Source: an uncultured Collinsella sp.
GTDB lineage: Bacteria; Actinomycetota; Coriobacteriia; Coriobacteriales; Coriobacteriaceae
Reading direction: 5' to 3'
NCBI GenBank assembly: GCA_937937835.1
Contig: CALDBJ010000127.1
Coordinates: forward strand, 5,562-69,561
DNA: 64,000 nt
Positions within the stretch are counted from its first letter, which is position 1. Every line of letters starts with the position of its first letter. The translations under genes were made by a program, and so were the position numbers. The notes under the pieces were generated by a model. The model made no database searches and had not been told where the DNA came from. It saw nothing but the letters and a program-made list of their open reading frames with translations. Shown here in pieces: positions 43,118 to 54,148 of this stretch.

Positions 43118-44329
43118 TTAGACCAACTTGAAGCCCTTGCGCTTGCCTACGGAGAGGGTGTCGCCCAGTTTGAGGGCGCTGGGATCGATGTTATAGCTCT
43201 TGGGAGCCACGGCCTTGCCGTTGATCTTGACGCCGCCGCCGTCGATATCGCGACGAGCCTGGCCGGCGCTCGCCGAAAGACCCAGGTCCTTGAGCAGGCC
43301 GGCGAGGTAGATCTGGCCCTCGTCGTTAACAGTCAGCTCAACGTGCTTCTCGGGGAAGTCGGCGAGCTGGCCCTCCTTGAACACGCGGTCGAACTCGGCC
43401 TGAGCCTCGTCGCCGGCACCGGCGCCGTGGTAGGTGTCGCACAGGTCGCGGCCCAGAGCGCGCTTGAGCTCGTAGGGGTCGGCAGAACCATCGGCCAGGG
43501 CGGCGTCGATCTTGTCGACCTCGGCCGGGGTGAGCGAGCTGGCCAGACGATAGTACTTGCCGATCATCTCGTCGGGAATGGACATGGTCTTGCCGAACAT
43601 GTCCTTGGGCGCGTCGGTCAGGCCGATGTAGTTACCGTAGGACTTGGACATCTTACGAACGCCATCGGTGCCCTCGAGCAGCGGCATGGTGAGCGCGATC
43701 TGGGGCTCCATGCCCATCTTCTCCATGAGCTCACGGCCGGCGAGCAGGTTGAAGAGCTGATCGGTGCCGCCCATCTCCACGTCGGCCTTGATCTGCACGG
43801 AGTCGAAGGCCTGCATCACGGGATACAGGAACTCATGCAGGGCGATCGGCGTCTGAGACTGGTAGCGCTTGGTAAAGTCATCGCGCTCAAGGATGCGGGC
43901 GACGGTGAACTTGGAGCACACCTGCAGCAGGCCGGCCAGGTCCATCGAAAGGATCCAGTCGCCGTTGTGCACGATGGTGGTCTTCTCGGGATCCAGGATC
44001 TTCATGGCCTGGCTCACGTAGGTCTCGGCGTTGGCCTCGATCTGCTCCTGCGAAAGCTGCGGACGCGTGGAGTTCTTGCCCGAAGGATCGCCGATCAGCG
44101 CGGTGCCGTTACCGATGATAAGGGTGACGTTGTGGCCCAGGTCCTGGAACTGACGCATCTTGCGCAGGGGCACGGCATGTCCCAAGTGCAGGTCGGGGCT
44201 GGTGGGATCGACGCCGAGCTTGATGTTGAGGGGCTCGCCCTTCTCAAGCTTCTTGCGAAGGTCGGCCTCGGGGACGATCTGCGCGGCGCCCGAGGTGATG
44301 ATACGCATTTGCTCGTCGACAGACAGCAT
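43118..44329 (-). CDS. tyrS: Tyrosine--tRNA ligase
   Basis: DPTSPDLHLGH, YPVMQAFD, GGTDQ, KMSKS and an S4-like C-terminus. Confidence 0.97.
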   Translation of the reverse strand: MLSVDEQMRIITSGAAQIVPEADLRKKLEKGEPLNIKLGVDPTSPDLHLGHAVPLRKMRQFQDLGHNVTLIIGNGTALIGDPSGKNSTRPQLSQEQIEANAETYVSQAMKILDPEKTTIVHNGDWILSMDLAGLLQVCSKFTVARILERDDFTKRYQSQTPIALHEFLYPVMQAFDSVQIKADVEMGGTDQLFNLLAGRELMEKMGMEPQIALTMPLLEGTDGVRKMSKSYGNYIGLTDAPKDMFGKTMSIPDEMIGKYYRLASSLTPAEVDKIDAALADGSADPYELKRALGRDLCDTYHGAGAGDEAQAEFDRVFKEGQLADFPEKHVELTVNDEGQIYLAGLLKDLGLSASAGQARRDIDGGGVKINGKAVAPKSYNIDPSALKLGDTLSVGKRKGFKLV

Positions 44330-44425
44330 TGGGTATCCTCCTTTTGCTATAGCACCCTCGCCGGATACGGCGGTGCTGGAAGTCCATAAACTCTCATATT
44401 ATAACAAACTGACGCGACGCGGCAC

Positions 44426-46423
44426 CTACGACAGGAAAATCCTCGTCCTGCCGCACGCGTCAACGGCGACCGGCAGACGCGTACCGTCATGTTCAACTAA
44501 ATAGCGCGTTTGCTGACGACGAGAGCAGTCACGACAATGGACCTGCCCCGTCGCATCGGTGGCGCAGACGCCCTCGGCGGTCAGCAGGCAGTGCTCGCAC
44601 ACCATAAGCTCGGGACGGTCGGCGTCGACCGGACCCAAGACGCCGGGTTCAGCAGCCAGTTCGGCAATACGCTCCGCATCATTGCCGAGCAACTCGGCCG
44701 GCAAGTACACCCGCCCCGCACCAAGCCCACGCAGCCAGACAAGCGTGGCCCGGTTGGCGCAAAACACTGGCGCCGCCACATCAAACGCCACGCCCAACTC
44801 ACGCGCCATCGCAGCCTGTCCCAAATTGCGGCAGACCACACGCCCGGCACGCTGCATCAGCGAGCGGGTCCGCTCGACGTCGCCCCCGCGACAGACCTCA
44901 TCGAGCACCACGGTCGCATCGGACAGGTCGAGCTCGTCACACGGGTCGGCATCCATCAGCTCCCAGGCAAAGAACATACGAGCCAAAGCCCCCTGCTCCG
45001 CCGACTCCGCCAGTCCCGCCGCCGGCACATCGCCAGCGACAACGGAGCCCTCAAACGGCAGCACTTCAACGGCGCGAGCAGCAGGCACGACCGCATCGGC
45101 CTCGGCATGCATGCGCTCCAGGGCCGCCGTCGTCTGATCCAACACGCCGGCGCTGCGAATCAGGTAAACCTCGCAGCCCGCGTCCACCTTACGCTTGCAA
45201 TGCACGACGACGCGCTTCCCCGCTGCGGCATCCACCGGGCAGGGCACCTGCGGCCAGCGCTTGGGCACATCGGGACGCGCGTCGGCACCCGGATAGAACC
45301 GAATCTCGAGCGTGTCACCCGCCGCCACGGCGGCATCGAGCTCGACGGTCACTTCCTCGTGGCCAACGGCCACCAGGCGTCCCACGCGCACACCTTGGTT
45401 GATCGCACGCTCAAAGCTCATAAGCTCGGCGCCCGAACGCCCCCGCAGATACGCGTCGGTAAACCCGCGGTTGAACGACCGGCCCAGCTCACGTTCAAGC
45501 TCTTCCACGGCATCGAGGTCCCACGCGCCGTCGCGCAGCATATCGAGTGCCCGGCGCCACACCCGCACCACGTTGAATACGTAATCGGGGTTCTTCATGC
45601 GCCCCTCGATCTTGAGCGACGCCACGCCGGCATCTACAAGCTCGGGCAGATGCGCAATACCCAGATAGTCACGCGGGCACAGCAGGCGATCTCCCTCGAC
45701 GGCGACAACGCTCTCCCCCGCCTCGTCCACCAGGTCGTACGCCAGACGGCACGGCTGCGTGCAGTCGCCGCGCATCGCCGAGCGCCCACGCCGCAGGGCC
45801 GAGAACTCGCACGCCCCCGAATAGCCGATGCAAATCGCACCGTGGCAGAATACCTCGATGGGCACGCCCGTGGCACATAGCGCCGCAATCTCGTCGACCG
45901 CCAGCTCGCGTGCCGTCGTCACGCGCTCGACCCCCAGCTCATCGGCGGCAAGCCGCACGGCGCCTTCGCTATGAACGCCCGCCTGCGTAGACAGGTGAAT
46001 CTCGACCCCGGGAATCGCCGCGCGCAGCGCGCAGGCCAACCCGGCATCGGCGACAATCAGAGCATCGGCGCCCAGCTCCAGTGCATGGGCTCCCAACGCC
46101 ACCGCGTCGGACAGTCCATCGTCAAACACGAACACGTTGAGCGTCACGTACACACGCACGCCATGGGCATGCGCCACGGCGCAGCCGCACGCAAACTCGT
46201 CATCCGTAAAGCCATGGGCGCTCACACGGGCGTTAAAGCCGCCCAACCCCGCATAGATGGCATCGGTACCCGCGGCGATGGCCGCAAGCATCTGGTCGAG
46301 CCCGCCCGCCGGCGCCAGCAGCTCGGGCAGCGCCGCACCGACAGCATCCAATCCAGTCTCGTATTGTCCGCTCGGCCCCATCGCCCGAATCGCCATCGAC
46401 AAACTCCTTACCAAGGTATGCAT
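44426..46423 (-). CDS. U32 peptidase family protein (RlhA/TrhP-like RNA hydroxylation)
   Basis: PELLAPAG, HLSTQ, EVFCHGAIC..SG.C, RGDCTQPCR, SLKIEGRMK; start uncertain. Confidence 0.88.
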   Translation of the reverse strand: MHTLVRSLSMAIRAMGPSGQYETGLDAVGAALPELLAPAGGLDQMLAAIAAGTDAIYAGLGGFNARVSAHGFTDDEFACGCAVAHAHGVRVYVTLNVFVFDDGLSDAVALGAHALELGADALIVADAGLACALRAAIPGVEIHLSTQAGVHSEGAVRLAADELGVERVTTARELAVDEIAALCATGVPIEVFCHGAICIGYSGACEFSALRRGRSAMRGDCTQPCRLAYDLVDEAGESVVAVEGDRLLCPRDYLGIAHLPELVDAGVASLKIEGRMKNPDYVFNVVRVWRRALDMLRDGAWDLDAVEELERELGRSFNRGFTDAYLRGRSGAELMSFERAINQGVRVGRLVAVGHEEVTVELDAAVAAGDTLEIRFYPGADARPDVPKRWPQVPCPVDAAAGKRVVVHCKRKVDAGCEVYLIRSAGVLDQTTAALERMHAEADAVVPAARAVEVLPFEGSVVAGDVPAAGLAESAEQGALARMFFAWELMDADPCDELDLSDATVVLDEVCRGGDVERTRSLMQRAGRVVCRNLGQAAMARELGVAFDVAAPVFCANRATLVWLRGLGAGRVYLPAELLGNDAERIAELAAEPGVLGPVDADRPELMVCEHCLLTAEGVCATDATGQVHCRDCSRRQQTRYLVEHDGTRLPVAVDACGRTRIFLS

Positions 46424-46558
46424 TCACTCTGAAAAATGCCGTCTTCCAGCATACACGAGGCCTCGCGCGCCCCGTTTGGTTTATCGTGTAATAACTTATG
46501 TCCATCCTGCCCCGACGGCACATCCACCGTCCGGCACGACATACATGGAGGTCAATAT

Positions 46559-48763
46559 ATGGGTCCTCGCCAACGACAGGGACGCAGCCGTTCAAAGACG
46601 CATGCTCTGCCCATAATCCTGCTCTCGTTTTTGGGCTTTTTGCTTATCGCGGGCGTGGCATTTGGCATCGGCATGGTCGGCAACGTCAACCGCTGGCTGT
46701 CCGATCTGCCCGACTACACCGACGCCAACGCGTATCTGGTGAGCGAGCCCACCGAGATCGTCGACTGCAACGGCAACAAGATCGCGAGCTTCTACACGCA
46801 AAACCGCAAGTCCATCACCAAGGACGAGGTCTCCCCCTACGTGCTGCAGGGCACCGTTGACGTCGAGGACGAGCGCTTCTACGAGCACGGCGGTATCGAC
46901 CTGTGGGGTATCGCGCGTGCTGCGGTGGCAACCCTCGGCGGCGGGCACGAAGGCGCCTCGACTATCACCCAGCAGCTGGTGCGCAACACCATTCTGCAGG
47001 AGGAGCAGTTCGACTCGACCATCGAGCGTAAGGTGCGCGAGGCCTACATCGCCATCAAGATGGAGGACATGTACTCCAAAGACGAGATCCTCATGATGTA
47101 CCTCAACACTATCTATTACGGTCACGGCGCCTACGGTATTGAGGCCGCCGCCGAGACCTACCTGTCCAAGAGCGCCGCAGACCTCACCCTGAGCGAGGCC
47201 GCGCTGTTGATCGGCCTTCCCAACTCGCCCTCGCAGTACGACCCCACGGTCAACCCCGACCTGGCGCTGTCCCGTCGCAACAAGGTCCTCGACAACATGC
47301 TGCGCCTGGGCCACATTACGCAGGAGGAGCACGATGCCGCACAGGCCGAGCCCATCACCCTCAACGTGACCGAAATCTCGGGCAGCGGCGTTGACGTATA
47401 CTCGCAGCCCTACTTTGTCGCCTATGTTAAGCAGCTGCTGGAGCAGGAGTTCTCGACCGACGTGCTCTTTAAGGGCGGCCTGACCGTCAAGACCACCATC
47501 GACCCCACGATGCAGCAGGTGGCAGAGAATGCCGTTCGCGAGCAGCTCGACACGCTCTCGCTCGACGGCCTGGACATGGGCATGGTCGTCGTCGACCCCA
47601 AGACCGGCTACATCAAGTGCATGGTGGGCGGCTACGATTACAACGCCGACGAGAACCACGTAAACCATGCCACGGCCAAGCGTCCCGTCGGCTCCACCTT
47701 TAAGGCCTTTACGCTGGCAACTGCCATCCAAAACGGCATGAACCCCAACGTCACCCTCAACTGCAACTCGCCGCTCAAGGCCAAGGGCACCACGACCGAG
47801 GTCCAAAACTACGCCAACCATAGCTATGGCAACATCACGCTTAAGCAGGCGACGGCATACTCCTCCAACACCGGCTACATCCAGGTGGCGGAAGCCGTCG
47901 GCAACAGCAAGATCATCTCGCTCGTCAAAAAGCTCGGCATCGATCCCGCCAAGGACAACATCGAGGACGTTCCCGTCATGACCCTCGGCACCGGCTCGAT
48001 CTCGCCGCTCGAGATGGCCGCCGCCTACGCGACGTTTGCCAACGGCGGCTACTATCGCCAGCCGATCGCCATCACCGAGATTGACTCTCGTACCGGTTCG
48101 GTGCTGTACCAGCACACCGACAATCCCTCACAGGTACTTACCGAGGGCGAGGCCGCCGCGGTCACCGATGTTCTGTCCGGCGTCATGAAGGGCGGCGGTA
48201 CGGGTGCTGCCGGCGCCCTGAGCGTCGACCAGCCCTATGCCGGCAAGACGGGCACCACCGACAACACCACCAACCTGTGGTTCTGCGGCTATACCCCGCA
48301 GCTGGCGTGCGCCCTGTGGACCGGCTATTCCGCGGGCGAGATTCCCATCCAAAAATACGGCACAGACCTGCTGGGCGACAGCACCAACCTGCCTGTCTTT
48401 AAGCGGTTTATGAACACCGTTCTGACCGGTACCGAGCGCGAGGAGTTTGCGACCGGAACGGCGCCCACCTACAAGAACAACAGCGTCTGGAAGTTCTACG
48501 GCACCAACAACACCAAGAAGACGGAGAACGACGACAAGGACGAGAACGAGGACGAAGAGGAAACCACCACAACGACTACCACGACGACCACGACCACCGA
48601 GACCACGGGCGGCGACACCACCGGCGGCACCGGTACGACCGGTGGCTCGACGGGCGGCTCCACTGGTGGTTCGACCGGCGGCGATGGCGGCACGCCTACG
48701 CCTACGCCTACGCCTACACCCACTCCCGACCCCTCGCCCACGCCTGACGATACGGTTGGCTAG
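46559..48763 (+). CDS. Class A penicillin-binding protein
   Basis: EDERFYEH, GASTITQQ, RKVRE, STFK, SSN, KTG; low-complexity T/G/PT tail; GGAGG RBS. Confidence 0.95.
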   Translation: MGPRQRQGRSRSKTHALPIILLSFLGFLLIAGVAFGIGMVGNVNRWLSDLPDYTDANAYLVSEPTEIVDCNGNKIASFYTQNRKSITKDEVSPYVLQGTVDVEDERFYEHGGIDLWGIARAAVATLGGGHEGASTITQQLVRNTILQEEQFDSTIERKVREAYIAIKMEDMYSKDEILMMYLNTIYYGHGAYGIEAAAETYLSKSAADLTLSEAALLIGLPNSPSQYDPTVNPDLALSRRNKVLDNMLRLGHITQEEHDAAQAEPITLNVTEISGSGVDVYSQPYFVAYVKQLLEQEFSTDVLFKGGLTVKTTIDPTMQQVAENAVREQLDTLSLDGLDMGMVVVDPKTGYIKCMVGGYDYNADENHVNHATAKRPVGSTFKAFTLATAIQNGMNPNVTLNCNSPLKAKGTTTEVQNYANHSYGNITLKQATAYSSNTGYIQVAEAVGNSKIISLVKKLGIDPAKDNIEDVPVMTLGTGSISPLEMAAAYATFANGGYYRQPIAITEIDSRTGSVLYQHTDNPSQVLTEGEAAAVTDVLSGVMKGGGTGAAGALSVDQPYAGKTGTTDNTTNLWFCGYTPQLACALWTGYSAGEIPIQKYGTDLLGDSTNLPVFKRFMNTVLTGTEREEFATGTAPTYKNNSVWKFYGTNNTKKTENDDKDENEDEEETTTTTTTTTTTTETTGGDTTGGTGTTGGSTGGSTGGSTGGDGGTPTPTPTPTPTPDPSPTPDDTVG

Positions 48764-48786
48764 AAATTCATCCGGCCATTAGCAAC

Positions 48787-48827
48787 AAGGCCCCCGAGCA
48801 GCTTATTAAAGTGCTCGGGGGCCTTTT
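48787..48827 (+). terminator. Intrinsic terminator after the PBP gene
   Basis: AAGGCCCCCGAGCA...TGCTCGGGGGCCTTTT. Confidence 0.8.
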
Positions 48828-48952
48828 AGTTTAAAGCGACCTGGTGGACGGCCTTTATACCGGCAAACAATATAGGGGGTACCGACCAACGTCGATACCC
48901 CCTTACAAGCCACCATGTCACGCACACAGTGCCGAGCGCACGACCCGCACGC

Positions 48953-49390
48953 CTACTTGCGAGAATTGCTCAGCTTATTGATCAGCGCCTCAAGACGCTC
49001 GCCGTCCTCGGCCGTCTGGGCAATAACCAAAATCGTATCGTTGCCGGCAAGCGAGCCAAGCACATCGGGCAACTCTGCCGCATCAACGGCGGCGGCGATG
49101 CCGGAAGCCGTACCAGGCTGAGCCTTGATCATAACCAGATTATCGGTGCGCAGAACGCCCGTTACGAGCTCGGAAACCATACGCTGCAGGTGCAGGTCCT
49201 CTGCCAGAACATAGATACCCTCGGGGAGCTTACGCAGCCCCATATCGGCAATATCGCGAGAGACAGTCGCCTGCGTGCAATCAAAGCCCATAGCGCGGAG
49301 CTCATCGACCAGCACGCGCTGCGTGCGGACGTCCTTATTGCGCACAATATCTCTAATGGCATCCTGGCGCCCATTGCGTTTTTTAGCCAT
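48953..49390 (-). CDS. argR: Arginine repressor
   Basis: TQATVSRD, GSLAGNDTI. Confidence 0.95.
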   Translation of the reverse strand: MAKKRNGRQDAIRDIVRNKDVRTQRVLVDELRAMGFDCTQATVSRDIADMGLRKLPEGIYVLAEDLHLQRMVSELVTGVLRTDNLVMIKAQPGTASGIAAAVDAAELPDVLGSLAGNDTILVIAQTAEDGERLEALINKLSNSRK

Positions 49391-49522
49391 ACAAACCCTC
49401 TCTCCAAAAGATGGCGGAGACAATCAATCAGTGACTGAATAGTTTAACGCTATTTGAAGGCTTTTGTGTATAAGAACGCATTTCGAAACAATTCTATGCA
49501 AATTTGTTTCGAAATGAGCCGT

Positions 49523-50563
49523 TTAGGCGGTTTTTGCGCCCGTCCGGTTAAGAAAAGCTGCCAGATGCGTACACATCACGCAGCGCGCGGGCTTGGCGCT
49601 GGCGATCGGCCCAAACAACAAACCAAGTCCCCGATGGTTATCCTTGAGCGCGGCGACCATCTGACGGGTTCGAGGCGCCTCGAGCATATCACGCATGCGG
49701 GCGGAACGCTCGATTGACGACACTCCATGCGGGCTAAGACACAAATTCTCGATGCAGGCGACCAGTCCGGCAAAGTAGAACTTTTGGCTTGCCAGCTTGA
49801 GCCGACCACCGCTATCTGCTTCCGAGAGTGAGTCCGCAAGCTCGTCGAGCGCTCGAGTGTCATCGGATATCCTGGCATACATGGTGGGATCAAAGGCATC
49901 TGTAAGCTTAGGTGCCACCGCGTGGAAACAAGCGTCGCCGCAGCCGGACACGAATCGTGCCTGCGAGAGCGCATAAGCCATAAACTCAACCGTACGGTAC
50001 GCCTTGCCGCGCGACAGGCATGCCTCAAACAGCGGACGGCTATACATCACGCCAGAGGTCTGAGCGACTAGGCCGCCCAAAATAAACTGGGGCAGCCCAG
50101 TCACCATAGAAGACTCGTCTTCTATGGCAATAGAGGCAGCATCCAAGACGCGCGAATGGCGTTCTCGATGTGCATCATAGCGGTCGAGCGACACCGTGGG
50201 GAACACTATGTCTGCCGCAGTATCGCACGCGATATCGACCATCTTGGAAAGGGACTGCGGAGCAAACCACTCATCGGCGTTCATAGCGATGATTTGAGAG
50301 CCGCGCGAGACAGCAAAACCGGCACGAAGGCAAGCGCCGCGCTTCGCGTCCTCGACGTCAATCAAATCAATATGGATGTCCCTGTCGGCAGCAACTTGAA
50401 GCGAATGGCGCACACCGGGCGCAGCATCGCGGCAAACAACGACAATCTGCAAATCGTAGAGGTCTTGGTTCTGGATACTCTCGAGCGCACGCATCGCATA
50501 GCTGGGCGAACCTTCTACCACAAGGATCACCGAAAGTCGCGGATGCGAGCCACGTCGAACCAA
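49523..50563 (-). CDS. Glycosyltransferase family 2-like protein (divergent)
   Basis: LSVIL..ALESIQNQ..LQIVVV pattern; canonical DD and DxD motifs are altered. Confidence 0.65.
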   Translation of the reverse strand: MVRRGSHPRLSVILVVEGSPSYAMRALESIQNQDLYDLQIVVVCRDAAPGVRHSLQVAADRDIHIDLIDVEDAKRGACLRAGFAVSRGSQIIAMNADEWFAPQSLSKMVDIACDTAADIVFPTVSLDRYDAHRERHSRVLDAASIAIEDESSMVTGLPQFILGGLVAQTSGVMYSRPLFEACLSRGKAYRTVEFMAYALSQARFVSGCGDACFHAVAPKLTDAFDPTMYARISDDTRALDELADSLSEADSGGRLKLASQKFYFAGLVACIENLCLSPHGVSSIERSARMRDMLEAPRTRQMVAALKDNHRGLGLLFGPIASAKPARCVMCTHLAAFLNRTGAKTA

Positions 50564-50724
50564 GTTATCCGTCCTCTCGACAGCAATGAATCAAACCGTG
50601 GTTCATGGTACACCCCGGCAATAAAAGCAATGAGACACCGGTTGTATTGCACGCCAAGAACAGATGTTGCACACGCGCAGCCCACAGATAATGGGTGTCG
50701 ACGCACGACGCGTCGAGCCCTCCC

Positions 50725-51549
50725 CTAGTCGAGCACGACGAGCTCGGCGGGATCGTAATCCACGCCCATAAACGTAAGGCCGCAGGCAGGAGCCGTGGGG
50801 CCCGCAGCGGTACGGTCGCAAGCATCGATGACCTCGCGCATCCACTCGGGTTCACGGCGATGCATGCCAATCGCGACAAGCGTGCCAACGATCGTACGGA
50901 CCATCGAATGCAGAAACGCATTGCCCTCGATGGTAAACGTCAGGATGTCCTCGCCAAACGCAACCTCATGGCCAAACTCGGCGCGCATTACGCAGCGGTG
51001 CGTAGGTTTGCCCACGGCAGAAGCAACCTTGCAAAAGCTTTTAAAGTCCTGCTCGCCCAGCAGCGCGGGGCAGGCAGCAGACATAGCCTCAACATCCAAG
51101 GGATAGCGATGCCACCACACCGCACCGCGGGACAGCACGGGGCGCGCATCTCGATCGGCAATACGGTACGTATACGTACGGGAACGCGCGTCAAAACGTG
51201 CAGAAAAGCCTTTACGGGCCTTGTAGACCTCGTTGATGGCGATATCTTTGGGCAGCAGGGCATCCATAGCCCGCAGCCACCTACGGCGCGTTAGGGCGAG
51301 CTCAGCGTCCGTTACGGGCACGCTGATGTACTGAGCCACGGCATGCACGCCGGCATCGGTGCGACCCGCGCACGTCAGATCGATCGGACGGCGAAGCAGC
51401 GTCTCGATGGCTCGACGCAGCTCACCCGCAACCGTCGTCTGTCCCGGCTGCTCGGCAAAGCCGCTATAGGACGAGCCATCGTATGCCACGCGGAAAACGA
51501 GCGTGGCATCGAGCTCTGGAATCGAATTGAAATCAGACGGCGCGGTCAT
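50725..51549 (-). CDS. truA: tRNA pseudouridine(38-40) synthase
   Basis: AYDGS, AGRTDAGVHA, FSARFDA, FLHSMVR. Confidence 0.96.
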   Translation of the reverse strand: MTAPSDFNSIPELDATLVFRVAYDGSSYSGFAEQPGQTTVAGELRRAIETLLRRPIDLTCAGRTDAGVHAVAQYISVPVTDAELALTRRRWLRAMDALLPKDIAINEVYKARKGFSARFDARSRTYTYRIADRDARPVLSRGAVWWHRYPLDVEAMSAACPALLGEQDFKSFCKVASAVGKPTHRCVMRAEFGHEVAFGEDILTFTIEGNAFLHSMVRTIVGTLVAIGMHRREPEWMREVIDACDRTAAGPTAPACGLTFMGVDYDPAELVVLD

Positions 51550-51641
51550 GGGCGCTCCCAACAAACAGGCAATGGCATTTCGACAAAAAAAGAGGGGTAC
51601 GCGAACGTACCCCTCGAATATAGCCTATGCAGACGGATTGT

Positions 51642-52109
51642 CTACTCAGCGGTCTCCTCAGCAGGAGCCTCCTCGGCAGCCTCGACCTTCTTGGGAGCAG
51701 CGGCCTTCTTGGGGGCCGGAGCAGCCTTCTTGGCCTTAGGCGTGCAAGGCTCGGTGACGAGCTCCATGATAACGATGGGAGCGTTGTCGCCCTTGCGGTT
51801 ACCGAGCTTCATGATGCGGGTATAACCGCCGTTGCGATCCTGCCACATACCCTGGGCAGCCTTGTCGAAGATCTCGGCAACGAGCTGCTTATCGCCGAGC
51901 TTGGCGATAGCCAGACGACGAGAGTGCAGGTCGCCCTTCTTGGCCCAAGTGATGATCGGATCGACGACCGAACGCAGCGCCTTAGCGCGGGTCTCGGTGG
52001 TCTTGATGCGGTCGTTCTCGAAGAGGGCCTTAGCAAGGCTCTTCTTCATGGCCTTGGTGTGGCTCGCATCGGTGCCGAGCTTCAGGCCCTTCTTAACGTT
52101 GTGACGCAT
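51642..52109 (-). CDS. rplQ: 50S ribosomal protein L17
   Basis: MRH, IKTTETRAK, GGYTRI. Confidence 0.97.
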   Translation of the reverse strand: MRHNVKKGLKLGTDASHTKAMKKSLAKALFENDRIKTTETRAKALRSVVDPIITWAKKGDLHSRRLAIAKLGDKQLVAEIFDKAAQGMWQDRNGGYTRIMKLGNRKGDNAPIVIMELVTEPCTPKAKKAAPAPKKAAAPKKVEAAEEAPAEETAE

Positions 52110-52139
52110 GGTCTAGTTTCTCCTCAAATATGCGAAGCA

Positions 52140-53081
52140 TTAAGCCTTCAGGCTCAGGCCCATGGACTCAAGCTTGTCCTTCACTTCCTCGATCGACTTA
52201 ACACCGAAGTTACGGATGTTGAGCAGATCGTTCTCCGAGAACTCAACGAGCTGACGGACCGAGTGAATGCTGGCGCGCTTAAGGCAGTTGTAGGAACGGA
52301 CGGAAAGGTCCAGATCCTCGATCTGCTTGTCCAGCTCGGCGTTGTCGTTGGTGACCTCGGGAGCGAAGATCGAAGCCTCCTCCTCGACCTCGGGGGTCTC
52401 GGCAAGGTTCATAAAGGCGGCCATATGCTGGTTGATGATATTGGCAGCCTGGACCACGGCGTCGCGCGGGGCGATGGAGCCGTTGGTCTCGATCTCGAGG
52501 ACAAGGCGGTCGTAGTCGGTGTGCTGACCGACACGGCAAGCCTCAACGAGCTTGGCGCAACGGGAAACCGGCGAGTACAGCGAGTCGACGTGGATCACAC
52601 CGATGGGATCGTTGTCGCGCTTGTTGGCCTCGCCAGAAACATAGCCGCGGCCATAGCCGATGCGCATGCTCATGGTGAGATGGCCACCCTCGGTGAGCGT
52701 AGCAATGTGCTGCTCGGGGTTGACCAGCTCAAACTCGGACGGAATAAAGAAGTCCGCACCGGTGACCTCGCAGGGGCCGTCAACCGAGATGGTGGCGGTC
52801 GCCTCGTCGGTCGTGCCGAGAGCCCTGAAGACAAGACCCTTGACATTCAGGACGATGTCGGTGACATCCTCGACCATGTTAGGGATGGTCATGAACTCGT
52901 GCTGCGCACCATCGATCTGAATAGCCTCGACGGCGGCACCCTCGAGCGAGGACAGAAGAACGCGACGAAGGGAGTTACCCAGCGTATCGCCGTAACCACG
53001 CTCGAGCGGCTCGACGGAGACACGAGCAGACGTCTCGTTGATCTCTTCGACCTGAACCTGAGGCCTAATGAATTCTGACAT
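52140..53081 (-). CDS. rpoA: RNA polymerase alpha subunit
   Basis: EPLERGYGDTLGNSLRRVLLSS, LSVRSYNCLK. Confidence 0.98.
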   Translation of the reverse strand: MSEFIRPQVQVEEINETSARVSVEPLERGYGDTLGNSLRRVLLSSLEGAAVEAIQIDGAQHEFMTIPNMVEDVTDIVLNVKGLVFRALGTTDEATATISVDGPCEVTGADFFIPSEFELVNPEQHIATLTEGGHLTMSMRIGYGRGYVSGEANKRDNDPIGVIHVDSLYSPVSRCAKLVEACRVGQHTDYDRLVLEIETNGSIAPRDAVVQAANIINQHMAAFMNLAETPEVEEEASIFAPEVTNDNAELDKQIEDLDLSVRSYNCLKRASIHSVRQLVEFSENDLLNIRNFGVKSIEEVKDKLESMGLSLKA

Positions 53082-53113
53082 GTATTACCTCCAGCCTCAG
53101 CAGCCCGGATGGA

Positions 53114-53710
53114 CTACTTAGAGTAGAGCTCGACGATGAGCTGCTCGTTGATATCACCGCTGATCTGCTCACGCGTCGGCAGAGCGAGCACGTTACCAGA
53201 CAGCTTCTCGATATCGACCTCGAGCCAGCCAGGGACCTCAAAGCGCTCGGAGGAAATCAGGGCCTCCTTGATGGGGAGGAGGTCACGGAACTTCTCGCCG
53301 ACAGCGACGACGTCGCCGGCCTTGACGCGGTAGGACGGGATGTCCACGCGCTTGCCGTTCACGGTGAAGTGACCGTGACGGACGGACTGACGAGCCTCTT
53401 TGCGGGTGCGGGCGAAGCCAAGACGGAAGACGACGTTGTCGAGGCGAGACTCAAGAATGATCATGAGGTTCTCACCGGTGACGCCGTTCATCTTACGGGC
53501 CTTGTTGAAGTAGCCGTGGAACTGCTTCTCCAGAACGCCATAGATGAACTTGACCTTCTGCTTCTCGCGCAGCTGCATGCCGTACTCAGATTCCTTGCGA
53601 CGGCGCTTGGGCTGACGGATAGATTCCTTCTTGCTGCTGTAACCGAGCTCAGCGGGATCGATCCCGAGCTGACGGCAGCGCTTAAGAACAGGAGTCCTGT
53701 CGATTGCCAT
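53114..53710 (-). CDS. rpsD: 30S ribosomal protein S4
   Basis: SEYGMQLREKQK, LESRLDNVVFR, IVELYSK. Confidence 0.98.
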   Translation of the reverse strand: MAIDRTPVLKRCRQLGIDPAELGYSSKKESIRQPKRRRKESEYGMQLREKQKVKFIYGVLEKQFHGYFNKARKMNGVTGENLMIILESRLDNVVFRLGFARTRKEARQSVRHGHFTVNGKRVDIPSYRVKAGDVVAVGEKFRDLLPIKEALISSERFEVPGWLEVDIEKLSGNVLALPTREQISGDINEQLIVELYSK

Positions 53711-53729
53711 ATTGATACGATCCTTTCAG

Positions 53730-54134
53730 TTACACGCGGCGACGCTTCTTGGGGCGGCAGCCGTTGTGCGGAATGGGGGTCTTGTCCTGGATGCTCGAGA
53801 CCTCGAGGCCAGCAGCCTGGAGGGAGCGGATGGCGGTCTCACGACCGGAGCCGGGGCCCTTGACGAAGACGGAAACCTTCTTCATACCGTGCTCCATGGC
53901 CTGCTTGGCAGCAGCCTCGGCAGCCATCTGGGCAGCGAACGGCGTGGACTTACGGGAGCCCTTGAAGCCCACCTGGCCAGCCGACTTCCAGGAAATGACG
54001 TTGCCCTGGGGATCGGTGATCGAAACGATCGTGTTGTTGAACGTAGAACGAATGTGAGCCTGGCCCACGGAAATGTTCTTACGGTCCGCGCGCTTCAGAC
54101 GGGCAGCGCGAACGTTCTTCTTAGCAGTAGCCAT
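53730..54134 (-). CDS. rpsK: 30S ribosomal protein S11
   Basis: [23 protein letters not shown]. Confidence 0.98.
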   Translation of the reverse strand: MATAKKNVRAARLKRADRKNISVGQAHIRSTFNNTIVSITDPQGNVISWKSAGQVGFKGSRKSTPFAAQMAAEAAAKQAMEHGMKKVSVFVKGPGSGRETAIRSLQAAGLEVSSIQDKTPIPHNGCRPKKRRRV

Positions 54135-54148
54135 CTATCTAGCGCTCC

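Noticed and set aside
48560..48745. Phase-variable tandem repeats in the PBP gene
   Set aside because: In-frame 3-, 6- and 12-bp units encode an ordinary disordered Thr/Gly/Pro-Thr tail.
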